A DNA stretch of 64,000 nt from Candidatus Woesearchaeota archaeon (GCA_016928115.1 JAFGLI010000019.1:5066-69065); one strand, 5' to 3'. Numbered from the stretch's first letter, positions 36,256 to 47,144 are shown. A program made the numbers and translations. Notes: generated by a model from the letters alone, not told the origin.

Positions 36256-36446
36256 TTATCAAAAATAAACAACTCTTCTATTGTTGTACTCAAAGCTTCT
36301 GCAACATCATGGGCTAATTTTAAAGAAGGATTATATTTCCCTTTTTCCAGAAAAACTATTGTTTCTCTCCTGACTTTAACTTTATCGGCTAATTCTTCCT
36401 GAGTCAGATTCATCCTTGCCCTGAATTCTTTAATTCTTGTTTTCAT
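36252..36446 (-). CDS. XRE-family HTH transcriptional regulator
   Basis: '[41 protein letters not shown]' is a classic HTH_3 domain. Confidence 0.8.
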   Translation of the reverse strand: MKTRIKEFRARMNLTQEELADKVKVRRETIVFLEKGKYNPSLKLAHDVAEALSTTIEELFIFDN

Positions 36447-36447
36447 T

Positions 36448-36831
36448 TTACAGCTCAGATTTTTTATTGTAATAGAAATAAAATCCCAGATAAAGCAATA
36501 TAAGCCAGCATGCTGAATAAAGAATTGTTGTTCCTATTGTTTTCATAGCCTGGCTGTCAAATAAAGTCATCAGGATTAAGCCTGCAACTGCAATAGTCAA
36601 TGTGAAAACCTGGTATGCTGCTATTGCTGCCCTGCCCACTATTTTATTAATTCTTTCATCTGGTTTTAATTCCCTTGGCTTATACAAAGCAAGGATAAGC
36701 ATAAATCCTGTTCCGATAACCAAAGCAATAAAAGGCAAATACTTTAAACCCATGGCAAAAGATAATCCTATTACTCCTCCCATGGCTCCGGCAATGACTG
36801 CTTTTAATACCTTATATGTTATTTTATTCAT
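36448..36831 (-). CDS. Membrane protein co-transcribed with the XRE regulator (DUF2178-like arrangement)
   Basis: Four TM helices; only a 1-nt gap to the downstream HTH gene. Confidence 0.4.
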   Translation of the reverse strand: MNKITYKVLKAVIAGAMGGVIGLSFAMGLKYLPFIALVIGTGFMLILALYKPRELKPDERINKIVGRAAIAAYQVFTLTIAVAGLILMTLFDSQAMKTIGTTILYSACWLILLYLGFYFYYNKKSEL

Positions 36832-36964
36832 ATTATCACCTTGTTAATTATTTTTAACATTATGTTAGAAATATATAACATAAATAATATATAAAGTTTT
36901 TGGTTTTATCAATAAAACATTTAAATAACTTCATTTTACACATTAAAAATTATATTTAAACGGG

Positions 36965-37441
36965 GTGAAATTAATGAAAAATAATATTATGGCATTTCTT
37001 GCTGTTTTGGTATTGGGAACAATTTTAATTAGTGGGTGCGGAAATAATGACAATACAGTAAGAGAAGAAACCGGAACAGAAGAAGATATTATGGAAGAAA
37101 GCAATAATGAAGCATCTTTAACCGACTGGTGTGAAATAGGTGCATTTGTCCAGACACAATACGGAGAAGCAAGAATCACAGGCTTTGAAGAACATCAGCT
37201 TGGAAGCAATAATGTTGAACTATGCTGTCTTGAAGTTGACATGGATTATGGCGAGGGAGTGACTGAAAAAGGAAAACTGTGCTATGATGAAGACAACAAT
37301 AATATGATTCACTGGAAATATGATGAAAGCCAGGGAAAAAACGTAAAACAAACAGAAGTATATGAAGAAGGAAATAACATATGCAGTGTTTTCTATAATC
37401 CAGACGGAAGCATATTAGCACAATCCTGTGTTCCTCAATAA
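36965..37441 (+). CDS. Putative lipoprotein
   Basis: Signal peptide with 'LISGCGNN'; acidic mature protein. Confidence 0.45.
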   Translation: MKLMKNNIMAFLAVLVLGTILISGCGNNDNTVREETGTEEDIMEESNNEASLTDWCEIGAFVQTQYGEARITGFEEHQLGSNNVELCCLEVDMDYGEGVTEKGKLCYDEDNNNMIHWKYDESQGKNVKQTEVYEEGNNICSVFYNPDGSILAQSCVPQ

Positions 37442-37481
37442 TCAGATATTTTTATAAACTTTCTTTTTTTCTTTTTTTATT

Positions 37482-38429
37482 ATGGATAAAACATTCAAAG
37501 AAAAACTTGAAAACCAGCAATATAGGGTTATTGGCAATAACACGGCTGTAAAGATATGCACCTGGACCAAGAAGTCATTAAGAGATGAGGGTGTATGTTA
37601 TAAGGAAAAATTCTATGGGATAAAAGCACACAGGTGCTGCCAGATGACTCCTACTTTGGGATATTGCCCCAATCATTGTATTTTTTGCTGGAGAATATAT
37701 ACAAAAAGAAAAGATGAAATGGATGAGTTTGATAATCCTGACTTAATAATAAAAGAATGCCCTGAGAAACAGCAGGAATTACTGGAAGGGTTCTATGGTT
37801 ATGATAAAGTAAACAGAAAAAAATTAGATGAAGCACAGGAGCCAATGCACTATGCTATTTCTTTAACAGGAGAGCCTACAATGTATCCTGAACTTGCAGA
37901 ACTAATCAAAAAGCTGCATGAAAAAGGAAAAACCACTTTCCTGGTTACAAATGGATTATTTCCTGAAAGAATAGAGGAATTATATGAAAAAGATGCTTTG
38001 CCAACACAATTATATATTTCTTTAGATGCCCCTAATGAAGAACTATGGAAGAAAATAGACAGGTCAATAATAAAAAACGGATGGGAAAAAGTAATAAAAA
38101 ACCTGAAGCAGATGAAAAAGCTTAAGAAAAAAACAAGAACAACCATAAGGATTACAGCAATTAAGGGCATTAATATGATAAAGCCAGAAGAATGGGCTGA
38201 AAAGCTCAATATAGCTAATCCTGAATTCATTGAAGTTAAAGGGTATATGTTCATAGGAGATAGCAGGAAAAGGATGAAAAAAGAGAACATGCCTTTTCAT
38301 AAAGAAGTAAAAGAATTTGCTGAAGAAATATGCAAAAACTCAGACTACAATATAATAGACGAGCAGGAATCGTCAAGAGTAGTTTTATTAATGAAGAAAG
38401 ATACAAAGGACAGGATTATGAAGTTTTGA
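37482..38429 (+). CDS. taw1: tRNA 4-demethylwyosine synthase (radical SAM, Tyw1/Taw1)
   Basis: 'HRCCQMTPTLGYCPNHCIFCWR' (radical-SAM CxxxCxxC) with surrounding Taw1-specific context; length about 315 aa. Confidence 0.75.
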   Translation: MDKTFKEKLENQQYRVIGNNTAVKICTWTKKSLRDEGVCYKEKFYGIKAHRCCQMTPTLGYCPNHCIFCWRIYTKRKDEMDEFDNPDLIIKECPEKQQELLEGFYGYDKVNRKKLDEAQEPMHYAISLTGEPTMYPELAELIKKLHEKGKTTFLVTNGLFPERIEELYEKDALPTQLYISLDAPNEELWKKIDRSIIKNGWEKVIKNLKQMKKLKKKTRTTIRITAIKGINMIKPEEWAEKLNIANPEFIEVKGYMFIGDSRKRMKKENMPFHKEVKEFAEEICKNSDYNIIDEQESSRVVLLMKKDTKDRIMKF

Positions 38430-38525
38430 TTGAATTATAATAAATTAAACAGGAAAATCTAAATATACCAGCCATATTTATCTATTCTGAAAAAATAACC
38501 ATAATTTACGAAAACTAAAAGTTTT

Positions 38526-38612
38526 CTAAGTTAGGAAATTCACCTGGAATTTCCGTAACTTAGTAAAACCAAAGGTTTTTCAAGTTCGAAAATGTCCCAT
38601 TTTCGTAACTTT
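38526..38612. repeat. Two bulged-hairpin repeat elements (locus A of a family shared with 48.4-48.57 kb)
   Basis: ctaagttaggaaattc-acctg-gaatttccgtaacttag (38526-38563) and aagttcgaaaat-gtccc-attttcgtaactt (38582-38611); each stem carries a single-base bulge. Confidence 0.55.
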
Positions 38613-38653
38613 TATAAATCTCTTAAAAATACCAAAAAATAGGGTGATGTCAA

Positions 38654-38908
38654 ATGGTAATAAGTCCGAAGGAAGCATCTGAACTTACTGAATATGAAAA
38701 AGAAAAAATTTCAGAACTGGAAGAAGAAATAGATAATACAATAATGAATGATTATATTCCATCTAAAAACAACGTAGTTTACTTTTCACTAAAAGAAGTT
38801 ACACCAAGAATAACAGAAACTTTAAAAGATATGTATGGAAAAGCAGGATGGGAGGTTGATTATAATTGTGAACAAGGATTTGAAAGTCTTGAATTCAGAA
38901 CAAATTAA
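38654..38908 (+). CDS. Hypothetical protein
   Basis: 84-aa acidic ORF downstream of the hairpin repeats. Confidence 0.35.
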   Translation: MVISPKEASELTEYEKEKISELEEEIDNTIMNDYIPSKNNVVYFSLKEVTPRITETLKDMYGKAGWEVDYNCEQGFESLEFRTN

Positions 38909-38932
38909 TAATATAAATAAGGTGATGCTAAA

Positions 38933-39346
38933 ATGATTATAGGATTTAATTTTACAAAAATATCTGCTGAAAAAAAGGGAAACCCGAAAGGGAATATCAA
39001 GGTAAAAAACAATATAACCATAACAGATGTTGATGAGTCAAAATCAAACATTGGAAAAGGGAAAAAAGCAGTTAATTTTAAGTTTAAGTTCAGCTCAGAA
39101 TTTAACCCTGATATAGGGTCAATAGAGATTGAGGGCAATGTTGCTGACCTAACAGATGAGAAAGATTCCGCGAAGTTAGTGAAAGAATGGAAGAAAAACA
39201 AGAATGTCACAAAAGAATTCGCAGCAAGAATCCTCAGCAAAGCATTAAGGGAATGTTCTGTGGAAGCAATTACACTAAGCAAGGAAATGAATCTGCCTTC
39301 ACCTGTTCCTTTGCCTAAGATTGAAAACAAAGGGGCTAAAAAATAA
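38933..39346 (+). CDS. Hypothetical protein
   Basis: 137-aa ORF, 24 nt downstream of the previous gene. Confidence 0.4.
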   Translation: MIIGFNFTKISAEKKGNPKGNIKVKNNITITDVDESKSNIGKGKKAVNFKFKFSSEFNPDIGSIEIEGNVADLTDEKDSAKLVKEWKKNKNVTKEFAARILSKALRECSVEAITLSKEMNLPSPVPLPKIENKGAKK

Positions 39347-39387
39347 ATCCTGATTTTTAAATCAGGATATGATATAAAGGGGTAATT

Positions 39388-41676
39388 ATGATAGATAATA
39401 AAAAAACTTTAAATCTGAAAGTTGCAGAAGCTGTCCAGGATGATGTAAATAAAGGAATAGTCAGGATAGACAGAAACTTTATGAAGAAGATAGAAGCAGA
39501 TCCCGGCGACATAGTTGAACTGGAAGGAAAAAAGAAAACCGTCGCTATTGTGGACAGGGCTTATCCGGGCGACATCGGGCTTGAGATAATAAGAATGGAC
39601 GGGCTTATAAGAAGAAATACAGGCTCATCAATAGGAGAAAGAGTTAGAGTAAGGAAAACCGAAGTAAAAGAGGCAAAAAAAGTTGTCATTGCACCCACAA
39701 GAGAGGGTGTAATGATAAAGGCCAGTTCAACATTTCTTAAGCAGGGACTTTTGGGAAGGGCTGTCTCCCAGGGAGACATTGTTTCATGGGGAGGAACCAA
39801 AAGCAGGAGGACAACAACAAGCCAGAACCCTTTCTTTGAGGATGTATTCAGCATGCTTGACAACACATTATTTGACTTCGGCTTGGGAGACATCAAGTTC
39901 ATAGTGGCGAAAACAATGCCTAATGAGCCGGTTATAATAACTGAAACAACAGAAGTAGAGTTTATATCAGAGCCAATAAAAGAGATTGAAAAAGGGGCAA
40001 TACCTGAAGTCACTTATGAGGATATTGGTGGTTTGGATGAGGAAATAAAAAAAATAAGGGAGATGGTGGAATTACCTTTAAAACACCCAGAACTTTTTGA
40101 AAGACTGGGTATTGAGCCGCCAAAAGGGGTTTTACTTCATGGTCCTCCGGGAACAGGAAAAACCTTATTGGCAAAAGCTGTAGCCAATGAATCAGATGCT
40201 CATTTCATATTAATCAATGGTCCTGAAATTATGTCCAAATACTACGGACAAAGCGAGGAAAACCTCAGAAAGAAATTCGAGGAAGCGCAGAAAAACGCTC
40301 CTTCCATCATATTTATAGATGAGATTGATGCTATTGCAGGAAAAAGAGAGGAAACCAAAGGTGAGGTTGAGAGAAGGGTTGTTGCACAATTGCTGACAAT
40401 GATGGACGGCCTGGAATCAAGGGGAAAAGTTGTTGTCATAGGGGCAACAAATATCCCAAATTCACTGGACCCTGCCCTGAGAAGGCCCGGAAGGTTTGAC
40501 AGGGAAATCTCAATAAGGGTCCCAAGGGAAAATGACCGGGAGAATATCCTTAAAATCCATACCAGAAATATGCCTCTTGACAAAGACATAAACCTGAAAA
40601 AAATCTCAAGGATAACACACGGCTTTGTTGGAGCTGATTTATCTGCACTGGCAAAAGAGTCTGCAATGATAGTGTTAAGAAGAATATTCCCGGATATTGA
40701 GCTGAGCAAGGAAGAGGCACTTTCAGAGGAAACGCTGAAGAAATTAAAGGTTACGATGAAAGACTTTATGGATGCCTTAAAGAGCATCACACCTTCGGCA
40801 ATGAGAGAAGTAACTATTGAAAGCCCCAATGTGCATTGGGATGAAGTGGGGGGATTAAAGGAAGTTAAAGAAGAACTTGAGGAGACACTTGAATGGCCAT
40901 TGAAAAGAAGAAAGGCTTTTGAAAGATTAAATGTCAAGCCGCCAAAAGGCGTATTGCTTTATGGTGCTCCGGGAACAGGAAAAACCTTATTGGCAAAAGC
41001 CGTAGCTACAGAAACAGAAGCTAATTTCATACTGATAAAAGGCCCTGAGTTGTTAAGCAAGTGGGTTGGAGAAAGTGAAAGGGCTGTAAGAAAAATCTTT
41101 GAAAAAGCAAGGCAGTCTTCACCATGTATAATCTGCTTTGATGAAATTGATGCAATTGCACCAAGAAGGGGTGTATCTGCAGACAGCCATGCTACTGAAA
41201 GAGTAATAAACCAATTGTTGACTGAAATGGACGGGCTGCAGCCTTTGAACGAGGTCATGATTGTTGCAACAACAAACAGGCCTGATATTATAGACCCTGC
41301 ATTTTTGAGACCTGGAAGGTTTGATAGGATTATCCATACAGGGGTTCCTGACAAAAAGGCAAGAAAGGCTATTTTTGAAGTACATACAAAAAACATGCCC
41401 CTGGCTAAGGATGTTGATTTAGATAAATTGGCTGAAAAAACAGAGAACTATGTGGGCGCAGACATTGAGGCAATATGCAGGGAAGCAGCAATCTTTGCCT
41501 TGAGGGAAGATATAAAAACCAAAAATATCAAACTAAAACATTTCCAGGAAGCCATGAAAAAAGTAAGGCCTTCAGTAACAAAAGAGATAGAAGAGTCCTA
41601 CAAAAGGATAAAAGACCATTTCACACAGGCCAAGGCAAAGGAAATGAAGGAAAAGATGCCTAATTATTTTGGATGA
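39388..41676 (+). CDS. cdc48: CDC48/VCP-like AAA+ ATPase (N-domain plus tandem D1/D2 AAA modules)
   Basis: Two Walker A motifs ('[15 protein letters not shown]' twice), Walker B 'IIFIDEIDA' and 'IICFDEIDA', SRH regions, and an N-terminal double-psi barrel region. Confidence 0.9.
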   Translation: MIDNKKTLNLKVAEAVQDDVNKGIVRIDRNFMKKIEADPGDIVELEGKKKTVAIVDRAYPGDIGLEIIRMDGLIRRNTGSSIGERVRVRKTEVKEAKKVVIAPTREGVMIKASSTFLKQGLLGRAVSQGDIVSWGGTKSRRTTTSQNPFFEDVFSMLDNTLFDFGLGDIKFIVAKTMPNEPVIITETTEVEFISEPIKEIEKGAIPEVTYEDIGGLDEEIKKIREMVELPLKHPELFERLGIEPPKGVLLHGPPGTGKTLLAKAVANESDAHFILINGPEIMSKYYGQSEENLRKKFEEAQKNAPSIIFIDEIDAIAGKREETKGEVERRVVAQLLTMMDGLESRGKVVVIGATNIPNSLDPALRRPGRFDREISIRVPRENDRENILKIHTRNMPLDKDINLKKISRITHGFVGADLSALAKESAMIVLRRIFPDIELSKEEALSEETLKKLKVTMKDFMDALKSITPSAMREVTIESPNVHWDEVGGLKEVKEELEETLEWPLKRRKAFERLNVKPPKGVLLYGAPGTGKTLLAKAVATETEANFILIKGPELLSKWVGESERAVRKIFEKARQSSPCIICFDEIDAIAPRRGVSADSHATERVINQLLTEMDGLQPLNEVMIVATTNRPDIIDPAFLRPGRFDRIIHTGVPDKKARKAIFEVHTKNMPLAKDVDLDKLAEKTENYVGADIEAICREAAIFALREDIKTKNIKLKHFQEAMKKVRPSVTKEIEESYKRIKDHFTQAKAKEMKEKMPNYFG

Positions 41677-41694
41677 TTTTTTATTGTTTATCAT

Positions 41695-42477
41695 TTGCTC
41701 TTTAAAATGAATCTTAAAAAAATAATAAATTTTTTAGATGAAACATTAAATATAGGAGAACTTAAGAATATTGACAATTCTTTAAACGGCTTGCAGGTTT
41801 CTGTGGATGATGATAAAAAAGAGATTAAAAAAATAGGATTTGCGGTTTCTGCATCAATAGAAGTTTTTGAAAAGGCAAAGAAAGAAAAATGTGACCTTAT
41901 TGTTGTGCATCACGGCCTCATATGGGAAAAAGCGCCCATAAAAAATATTCTGAGGAAAAGAATCAAGTTCCTGTTGGAAAACAACATAGCGTTATATGCT
42001 GCCCACCTGCCCCTTGACAGGCATGAAGAATACGGCAATAATGTAATCATGGCTAAGATGCTCGGCCTTAAAGTCATAGAAAAATTCGGGAACTATAAAG
42101 GCACAGAAATCGGTTTCATGGGGTTGTTTGATAAGGATATTGAATTAAAGGAATTATTAGATAAGGTTGAAAAGATAACAGGACAAAGGCCGAAAACAAT
42201 AAAGTTCGGAAAAGATAAGGTAAAGAAAATAGCCATTGTGAGCGGAGGCGGGGGAAGCTGTATGGATGAGGCTATAGAAAAAAATGTTGATGTATTCCTT
42301 ACAGGAGAAGTTGTATTGAGCAATTATGATTCTGCAAGGGATTCATCGATAAATTTAGTATATGGGGGGCATTATGCCACTGAAACTTTAGGTGTAAATG
42401 CTCTGGAAAGGCTGATAAATGAAAAATTTAATATAGATACTGTATTTATAGATATTGAAAATTATGATAAGTTCTGA
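41695..42477 (+). CDS. Nif3 family dinuclear-metal-centre protein (GTP cyclohydrolase 1 type 2 homologue)
   Basis: 'LIVVHHGLIW', 'LYAAHLPLD', 'GGGGSC' and 'GGHYATE' are NIF3/YbgI family motifs. Confidence 0.7.
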   Translation: MLFKMNLKKIINFLDETLNIGELKNIDNSLNGLQVSVDDDKKEIKKIGFAVSASIEVFEKAKKEKCDLIVVHHGLIWEKAPIKNILRKRIKFLLENNIALYAAHLPLDRHEEYGNNVIMAKMLGLKVIEKFGNYKGTEIGFMGLFDKDIELKELLDKVEKITGQRPKTIKFGKDKVKKIAIVSGGGGSCMDEAIEKNVDVFLTGEVVLSNYDSARDSSINLVYGGHYATETLGVNALERLINEKFNIDTVFIDIENYDKF

Positions 42478-42480
42478 AAA

Positions 42481-43746
42481 ATGGAAAAGGCAATAATCAA
42501 GACAAAAGACGGGCATAAATTCGAGGGCATATTAATGCCTTCAAGAGATAAAAAAATAACTGTGATAAAATTAAATAACGGCTATAATATAGGCATAAAA
42601 AACATAAATATAAACTCTGTAAAAAAAGAAAAAACGGGGGGGAAAACAGGCACTAAACAGGAAAAAATAAAACAAAAAGAAAACCTGCCTGAAATAATGA
42701 TTATACACACAGGAGGAACAATAGCAAGCAAAGTTGATTATGAAACTGGTGCTGTAAAGCCGCAGTTTGAGCCTTTTGAATTATTGAGGATGTTTCCTGA
42801 ATTAAAGGATATGGCTAAGATAAAAACAAAGCTTTTGGGAAATATATTCAGCGAGAACATAAGGCTTGAGCATTATAATCTGATGATTGATACGATAAAA
42901 GAACAAGCCAAGGATAAAAACATAAAAGGTATTGTTATAACACATGGAACAGACACATTACATTACAGCTCTGCAGCCATGGCTTTTGCCCTTGAGAACA
43001 TAAATATTCCTGTGGTATTTGTGGGCTCCCAGAGAAGCTCTGACAGGGGAAGCAGTGATTCTTTTTTAAACCTTATTTCAGCAGTCTCATTTATTGTGAA
43101 TACAAATTATAACGGTGTTATGATATGCATGCACAGCTCCATTGAAGACAAAAATGCATTGATACTGAACGGGGTTAATGCAAGAAAACTTCATTCATCA
43201 AGAAGAGATGCCTTCAAGGCTGTAAACATAAAGCCAATAGCTATTGTTAATTATGAAGAAAAAAAGATAAAAATAATTACAAAGAAAACAAATTCAAAAG
43301 GAAAACTAACTGTAAAAAAATACAATCCTAAACTAAAAGTCGGAATTGTAAGAAGCTATCCCCACATGAATAGTGATGTTTTGAAGAATTACAAAGATTA
43401 TGACGGTTTAATACTTGAAGGCACAGGCCTGGGGCATTTCCCGATAATTGAATATGACAAATACACAAAAGAGAACAGCAAAATAAAGGAAACATTGAAA
43501 GAATTATGTAAAAAAACGCCTGTTTTCATGACAACCCAGGCTGTTTTCGGAAGGATTAATATGGGTGTGTATTCAGCAGGAAGAGAATTACAGGAATTAG
43601 GTGTTTTAGGCAATTATTCAACAATGTGCACTGAAACAGCCTATATCAAATTATGTTATTTACTGAGCAATTATTCCAAGGAGAAAGCAAAAGAATTAAT
43701 GCTAAAAAACCTGAGGGGAGAGATTACAGAAAGGGATGAGGTTTAA
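42481..43746 (+). CDS. gatD: Glutamyl-tRNA(Gln) amidotransferase subunit D
   Basis: N-terminal GatD-specific domain plus an asparaginase-like domain with 'IHTGGTIAS' and 'THGTDTL'. Confidence 0.8.
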   Translation: MEKAIIKTKDGHKFEGILMPSRDKKITVIKLNNGYNIGIKNININSVKKEKTGGKTGTKQEKIKQKENLPEIMIIHTGGTIASKVDYETGAVKPQFEPFELLRMFPELKDMAKIKTKLLGNIFSENIRLEHYNLMIDTIKEQAKDKNIKGIVITHGTDTLHYSSAAMAFALENINIPVVFVGSQRSSDRGSSDSFLNLISAVSFIVNTNYNGVMICMHSSIEDKNALILNGVNARKLHSSRRDAFKAVNIKPIAIVNYEEKKIKIITKKTNSKGKLTVKKYNPKLKVGIVRSYPHMNSDVLKNYKDYDGLILEGTGLGHFPIIEYDKYTKENSKIKETLKELCKKTPVFMTTQAVFGRINMGVYSAGRELQELGVLGNYSTMCTETAYIKLCYLLSNYSKEKAKELMLKNLRGEITERDEV

Positions 43747-44522
43747 TCAGAAGCCCAAACAACCTTCTTAATATCTTTAATTTTTACTGGATTATAGATA
43801 AAAGAATTATCCTTAAATTTTATGATTTTATAGTCTATTTTATCGATAAATATCTTTTCATAAATTTCATCAACTGAATCAAATATTGGAAGTGTACACT
43901 CAAATATTTCGCCTCCCAAAATACCAAATTTATTATTTTCTTTGCTTTTATATAAAAAAACAGTATGATGGGGAATAAAATTTGATTTAAGTAATAAAAA
44001 ACAAGGCTGAAATCCATCATCAAAAAGGACTGCTGCTATAGCAGTTGCAATATCTTCACAGTCACCTGCTTTATTCTCATGTATCTCTTTAAATGAAGCC
44101 CAATATTCATCCTTTTTATATAATTCAGAATCCTCTTTGTACTTCAGAATCTCTGTAGAATAAAAACCCGACCAATAAGGAGTTTTTATTTGTTTTATTA
44201 TATCTTTATAATCTCCGGATTCAGAAGCCTTTATTATTAATTTTTTTATTTCTTCTCTACTCATCCCAGGATAGGCTTCATAAGTAGTCTTAATATCAGA
44301 AGCCTCAACCTGCTCAGCAGTTATTTCTACTATATGCGGGTTTTGTTTTAATACTGACTCTATCTCAGAACCTAATAATGAAAAAACACCTAAACCAAGA
44401 AAAAGCCCGGCATATCCCAAACCATACCTAAAACGCCTTTTCAAAGTTGAGAATCTTTTTTTATTTTCAGTTTTATTATTAAAACAAGAAATTCTTTTTT
44501 CCAGATTATCATCTGGTTCCAT
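43743..44522 (-). CDS. Membrane-anchored transglutaminase-like putative cysteine peptidase
   Basis: TM helix 'GLGYAGLFLGLGVFSL'; Cys in 'AGDCEDIATAIAAVL', His in 'HHTVFLY' and a downstream Asp fit the transglutaminase-core triad. Confidence 0.35.
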   Translation of the reverse strand: MEPDDNLEKRISCFNNKTENKKRFSTLKRRFRYGLGYAGLFLGLGVFSLLGSEIESVLKQNPHIVEITAEQVEASDIKTTYEAYPGMSREEIKKLIIKASESGDYKDIIKQIKTPYWSGFYSTEILKYKEDSELYKKDEYWASFKEIHENKAGDCEDIATAIAAVLFDDGFQPCFLLLKSNFIPHHTVFLYKSKENNKFGILGGEIFECTLPIFDSVDEIYEKIFIDKIDYKIIKFKDNSFIYNPVKIKDIKKVVWASD

Positions 44523-44644
44523 GTTATAATATTAACATTCATTATTTATAAATTTTTTTACTATTTAAAAATACTGAAATTATTTATATCTAGAAATTTA
44601 ATAAAACTAAACATTTATAATAAAATAATATTTACACCGAAATA

Positions 44645-45853
44645 ATGAAAGCATTTGCAATAACTAATAAAGGAATGGAAGATTTATGCAAAGAGGAGAT
44701 TAAGGAATTAATCAGCTGCAAGAATACTGAAGAAAAAGAAACTATTGTAAAGTTTGATTTTAAAAATCTTGAAGACATTTGTTATTTATGCTATAATGCA
44801 CAATCCGTAGAAAAAATAATCTATTATCTTGGTGAATGTAAAGTTAAGGAAAAAATACCAGAAAATGAAATAAAAAAAATCATTGAAAAAATAAAATGGG
44901 AAAAATGGCTTAACAAAGGAGATAAATTCAGGGTTAAATGTAAAAGAGAAGGAGAGCATGATTTCTCAAGCCAGGATATAGAGCAAAACATAGGAAGAAT
45001 TATTAAAGGCTATCTTAACAAAGAATTAAAATTAAACATAGATGTTGAATTAGACGCTCCTGATTTAATTGTTTATGCTTATGTTTATAATAATAAACTA
45101 TATCTGGGAATAGATTTTGCAGGAAAAGACCTTTCTAAAAGACAATATAAGATATTTAATTATCCAACTTCCTTAAAAGGAACAATTGGCTTTGGAATAT
45201 TGAAATTCTCAGAATTTAATCCTGAAAAAGACAAAGTTCTGGTGAACCTGTTCTGCCATGACGGTGTTATTGCAATAGAATCCACATTATATGTTTCCGG
45301 ACTAAGCGTAAATTATTATGATAAGGAATTTATTTTCAGGAAAATAAAACCTTTAAAAGATAAAAACTGGGAAAAATGGTTTAATGACATAGACAAAAAA
45401 GCCATGAAAAAAATAAAAAACAAAATATGTGCAATTGACAGTGATTTCAGGAATATAAAGGCAGCAAAGAAGAACAGCAAAATTGCAGGTATTGATAAAA
45501 TTATAGAGTTTTCAAAAAAAGAAGTTGATTTTCTTGATATAAGATTCAAAGAGGATTCAGTGGATAAGATTATTAGCTATATTCCTTCTGTTTCAAAAAG
45601 AAATAGTGAAGAAAAACTAAAAAAACTATATGATGAGTTATTTTACCAGCTAGAGTTTATTTTAAAAGAAAACGGAAGCCTGAATTTCATTGCAAGGGAA
45701 AATGATTTAGTAAAAGAAAAAGCAGAAAGATATTTTAAATTAATCAGGGAAAAAGAAGTCTGGACAGGAAAGAAAAAACTATATTTTCTGCAGTTTGAAT
45801 TAAAGAAAGAAAGGCCTAAGGATTACAAAATAATCGATAAAAAGAAAAAATAA
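44645..45853 (+). CDS. THUMP-domain putative tRNA (guanine-N2) methyltransferase (Trm14/Trm-G10-like) with degenerate SAM-binding motifs
   Basis: N-terminal ferredoxin-like/THUMP region; in the Rossmann region, 'NLFCHDGVIAIES' replaces DPMCGSGTILIEA and 'ISYIPS' replaces DPPYG. Confidence 0.45.
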   Translation: MKAFAITNKGMEDLCKEEIKELISCKNTEEKETIVKFDFKNLEDICYLCYNAQSVEKIIYYLGECKVKEKIPENEIKKIIEKIKWEKWLNKGDKFRVKCKREGEHDFSSQDIEQNIGRIIKGYLNKELKLNIDVELDAPDLIVYAYVYNNKLYLGIDFAGKDLSKRQYKIFNYPTSLKGTIGFGILKFSEFNPEKDKVLVNLFCHDGVIAIESTLYVSGLSVNYYDKEFIFRKIKPLKDKNWEKWFNDIDKKAMKKIKNKICAIDSDFRNIKAAKKNSKIAGIDKIIEFSKKEVDFLDIRFKEDSVDKIISYIPSVSKRNSEEKLKKLYDELFYQLEFILKENGSLNFIARENDLVKEKAERYFKLIREKEVWTGKKKLYFLQFELKKERPKDYKIIDKKKK

Positions 45854-47095
45854 TTATACACTTTCTTTAAATATCTCCATTAAAAGAGGCATTAGATCTG
45901 TGCCTTTGTTAAGAAAAATATTGCCTTTTTTGCATATTTTCTCATCAAAGCCTGGATAGCTGTCTTTCAGCCTTGGGTGTGAAATCATCAGCGCAACAGG
46001 GTCGCTGCTGTGCGCCTTCATTGAACAGGGGGTGCAGTGGTCTGAAGTCACAACCACTATAGTGTCGTTCAGGTCTATATTTTCAATTAATCTTGAATAA
46101 AACTTATTATCAATCTCCTCTATTGTCAGTTTTTTTCTCAGGGCATCCCCGTCATGCCCTGGCTCATCAGGGCCTTTTAAATGTATATACAAACAATCAT
46201 ATTTTTTCATTGCTTTAATGGTTTTGTTGACCCATTCATCATAATTCTTCTCATCATTTATTTTTATAACATCCATGCCTGCTGCACCCGCAATACCTCT
46301 CTCAAGAGGCATATTGGCCAGTATAGCCCATTTCACGCCATATCTTTCATTTATATTGAAAAGTTTCGGATTTTCATTGCCTGCATCCCTCATCAGGACA
46401 GCATTAGCCTTGAACAATCCTTTTTTCTGCCTTGTCCTGTTTATCCTGCATTCATCAAGCACAGCAGTTGTTTTCTCACTGAATTCATTTACAAGATGTG
46501 CAGACAACTCTGATTTTTTATCAAGTGCAACAGACTCCTTTACCAAAGGCTCAAAATCCTTTTTGGCCATAGAAACAAAGCCTTTCTTGTCATAGGCAGG
46601 GTCTGTATAGGTGATGTTAGGATATAACTCATTTGATGACCTTATTATCAAAGCCCCCCTGTGGCCCAATGTGGCCCTGAATTCAAATTTTGCACCTGAT
46701 AATTTAACCCTTTTGTTTATTATTTTCTGTAATGCTTTTGCCTCTTTTGTCTTCAATGACCTTCCAACCCTCCTGTCAATTATTTTTTTATTGTCAACAG
46801 TTGCAAAATTGCACCTTAAAGCAAGATCACCATCTTTAAAATCCATGCCTGCGCCAATCGCTTCTAAAGGACCACGGCCAGTGTAATACTTGTTTGGATC
46901 ATAGCCCAATAAAGATAAAACAGCAGAATCACTCTCGGGGGCAATACCCGGCACAACACTCATCAGACCCATCTTAGAGTTCTTTGCAAGTTGGCTTAAA
47001 GCAGGAGTATTTGCTGCCTCAAGAGATGTTTTATTATCTAAATCAGGATTATTGCTCCCAGAAGCCCCGTCCATTACTGTAAATAAAAGTTTCAT
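45854..47095 (-). CDS. apgM: 2,3-bisphosphoglycerate-independent phosphoglycerate mutase, archaeal type
   Basis: 'LLFTVMDGASGSN', 'TSDHCTPC' and alkaline-phosphatase-superfamily metal ligands; length about 413 aa. Confidence 0.8.
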   Translation of the reverse strand: MKLLFTVMDGASGSNNPDLDNKTSLEAANTPALSQLAKNSKMGLMSVVPGIAPESDSAVLSLLGYDPNKYYTGRGPLEAIGAGMDFKDGDLALRCNFATVDNKKIIDRRVGRSLKTKEAKALQKIINKRVKLSGAKFEFRATLGHRGALIIRSSNELYPNITYTDPAYDKKGFVSMAKKDFEPLVKESVALDKKSELSAHLVNEFSEKTTAVLDECRINRTRQKKGLFKANAVLMRDAGNENPKLFNINERYGVKWAILANMPLERGIAGAAGMDVIKINDEKNYDEWVNKTIKAMKKYDCLYIHLKGPDEPGHDGDALRKKLTIEEIDNKFYSRLIENIDLNDTIVVVTSDHCTPCSMKAHSSDPVALMISHPRLKDSYPGFDEKICKKGNIFLNKGTDLMPLLMEIFKESV

Positions 47096-47144
47096 TAGTT
47101 TATTTCTGAAAGAATTGATAAATAAATGTTTTGATTTTAAAACA

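Noticed and set aside
38430-38653. A possible CRISPR array, given the repeated units at 38.5 and 48.5 kb
   Set aside because: The units are hairpins of variable sequence and spacing, with no regular repeat-spacer periodicity and no cas genes nearby. I interpret them as REP/MITE-like or regulatory hairpins instead.
39561-41396. Several minus-strand ORFs (88-231 aa) inside the CDC48 gene
   Set aside because: They are antisense to a 762-aa AAA+ ATPase with two complete Walker A/B sets. Their translations are Ser/Leu-rich.
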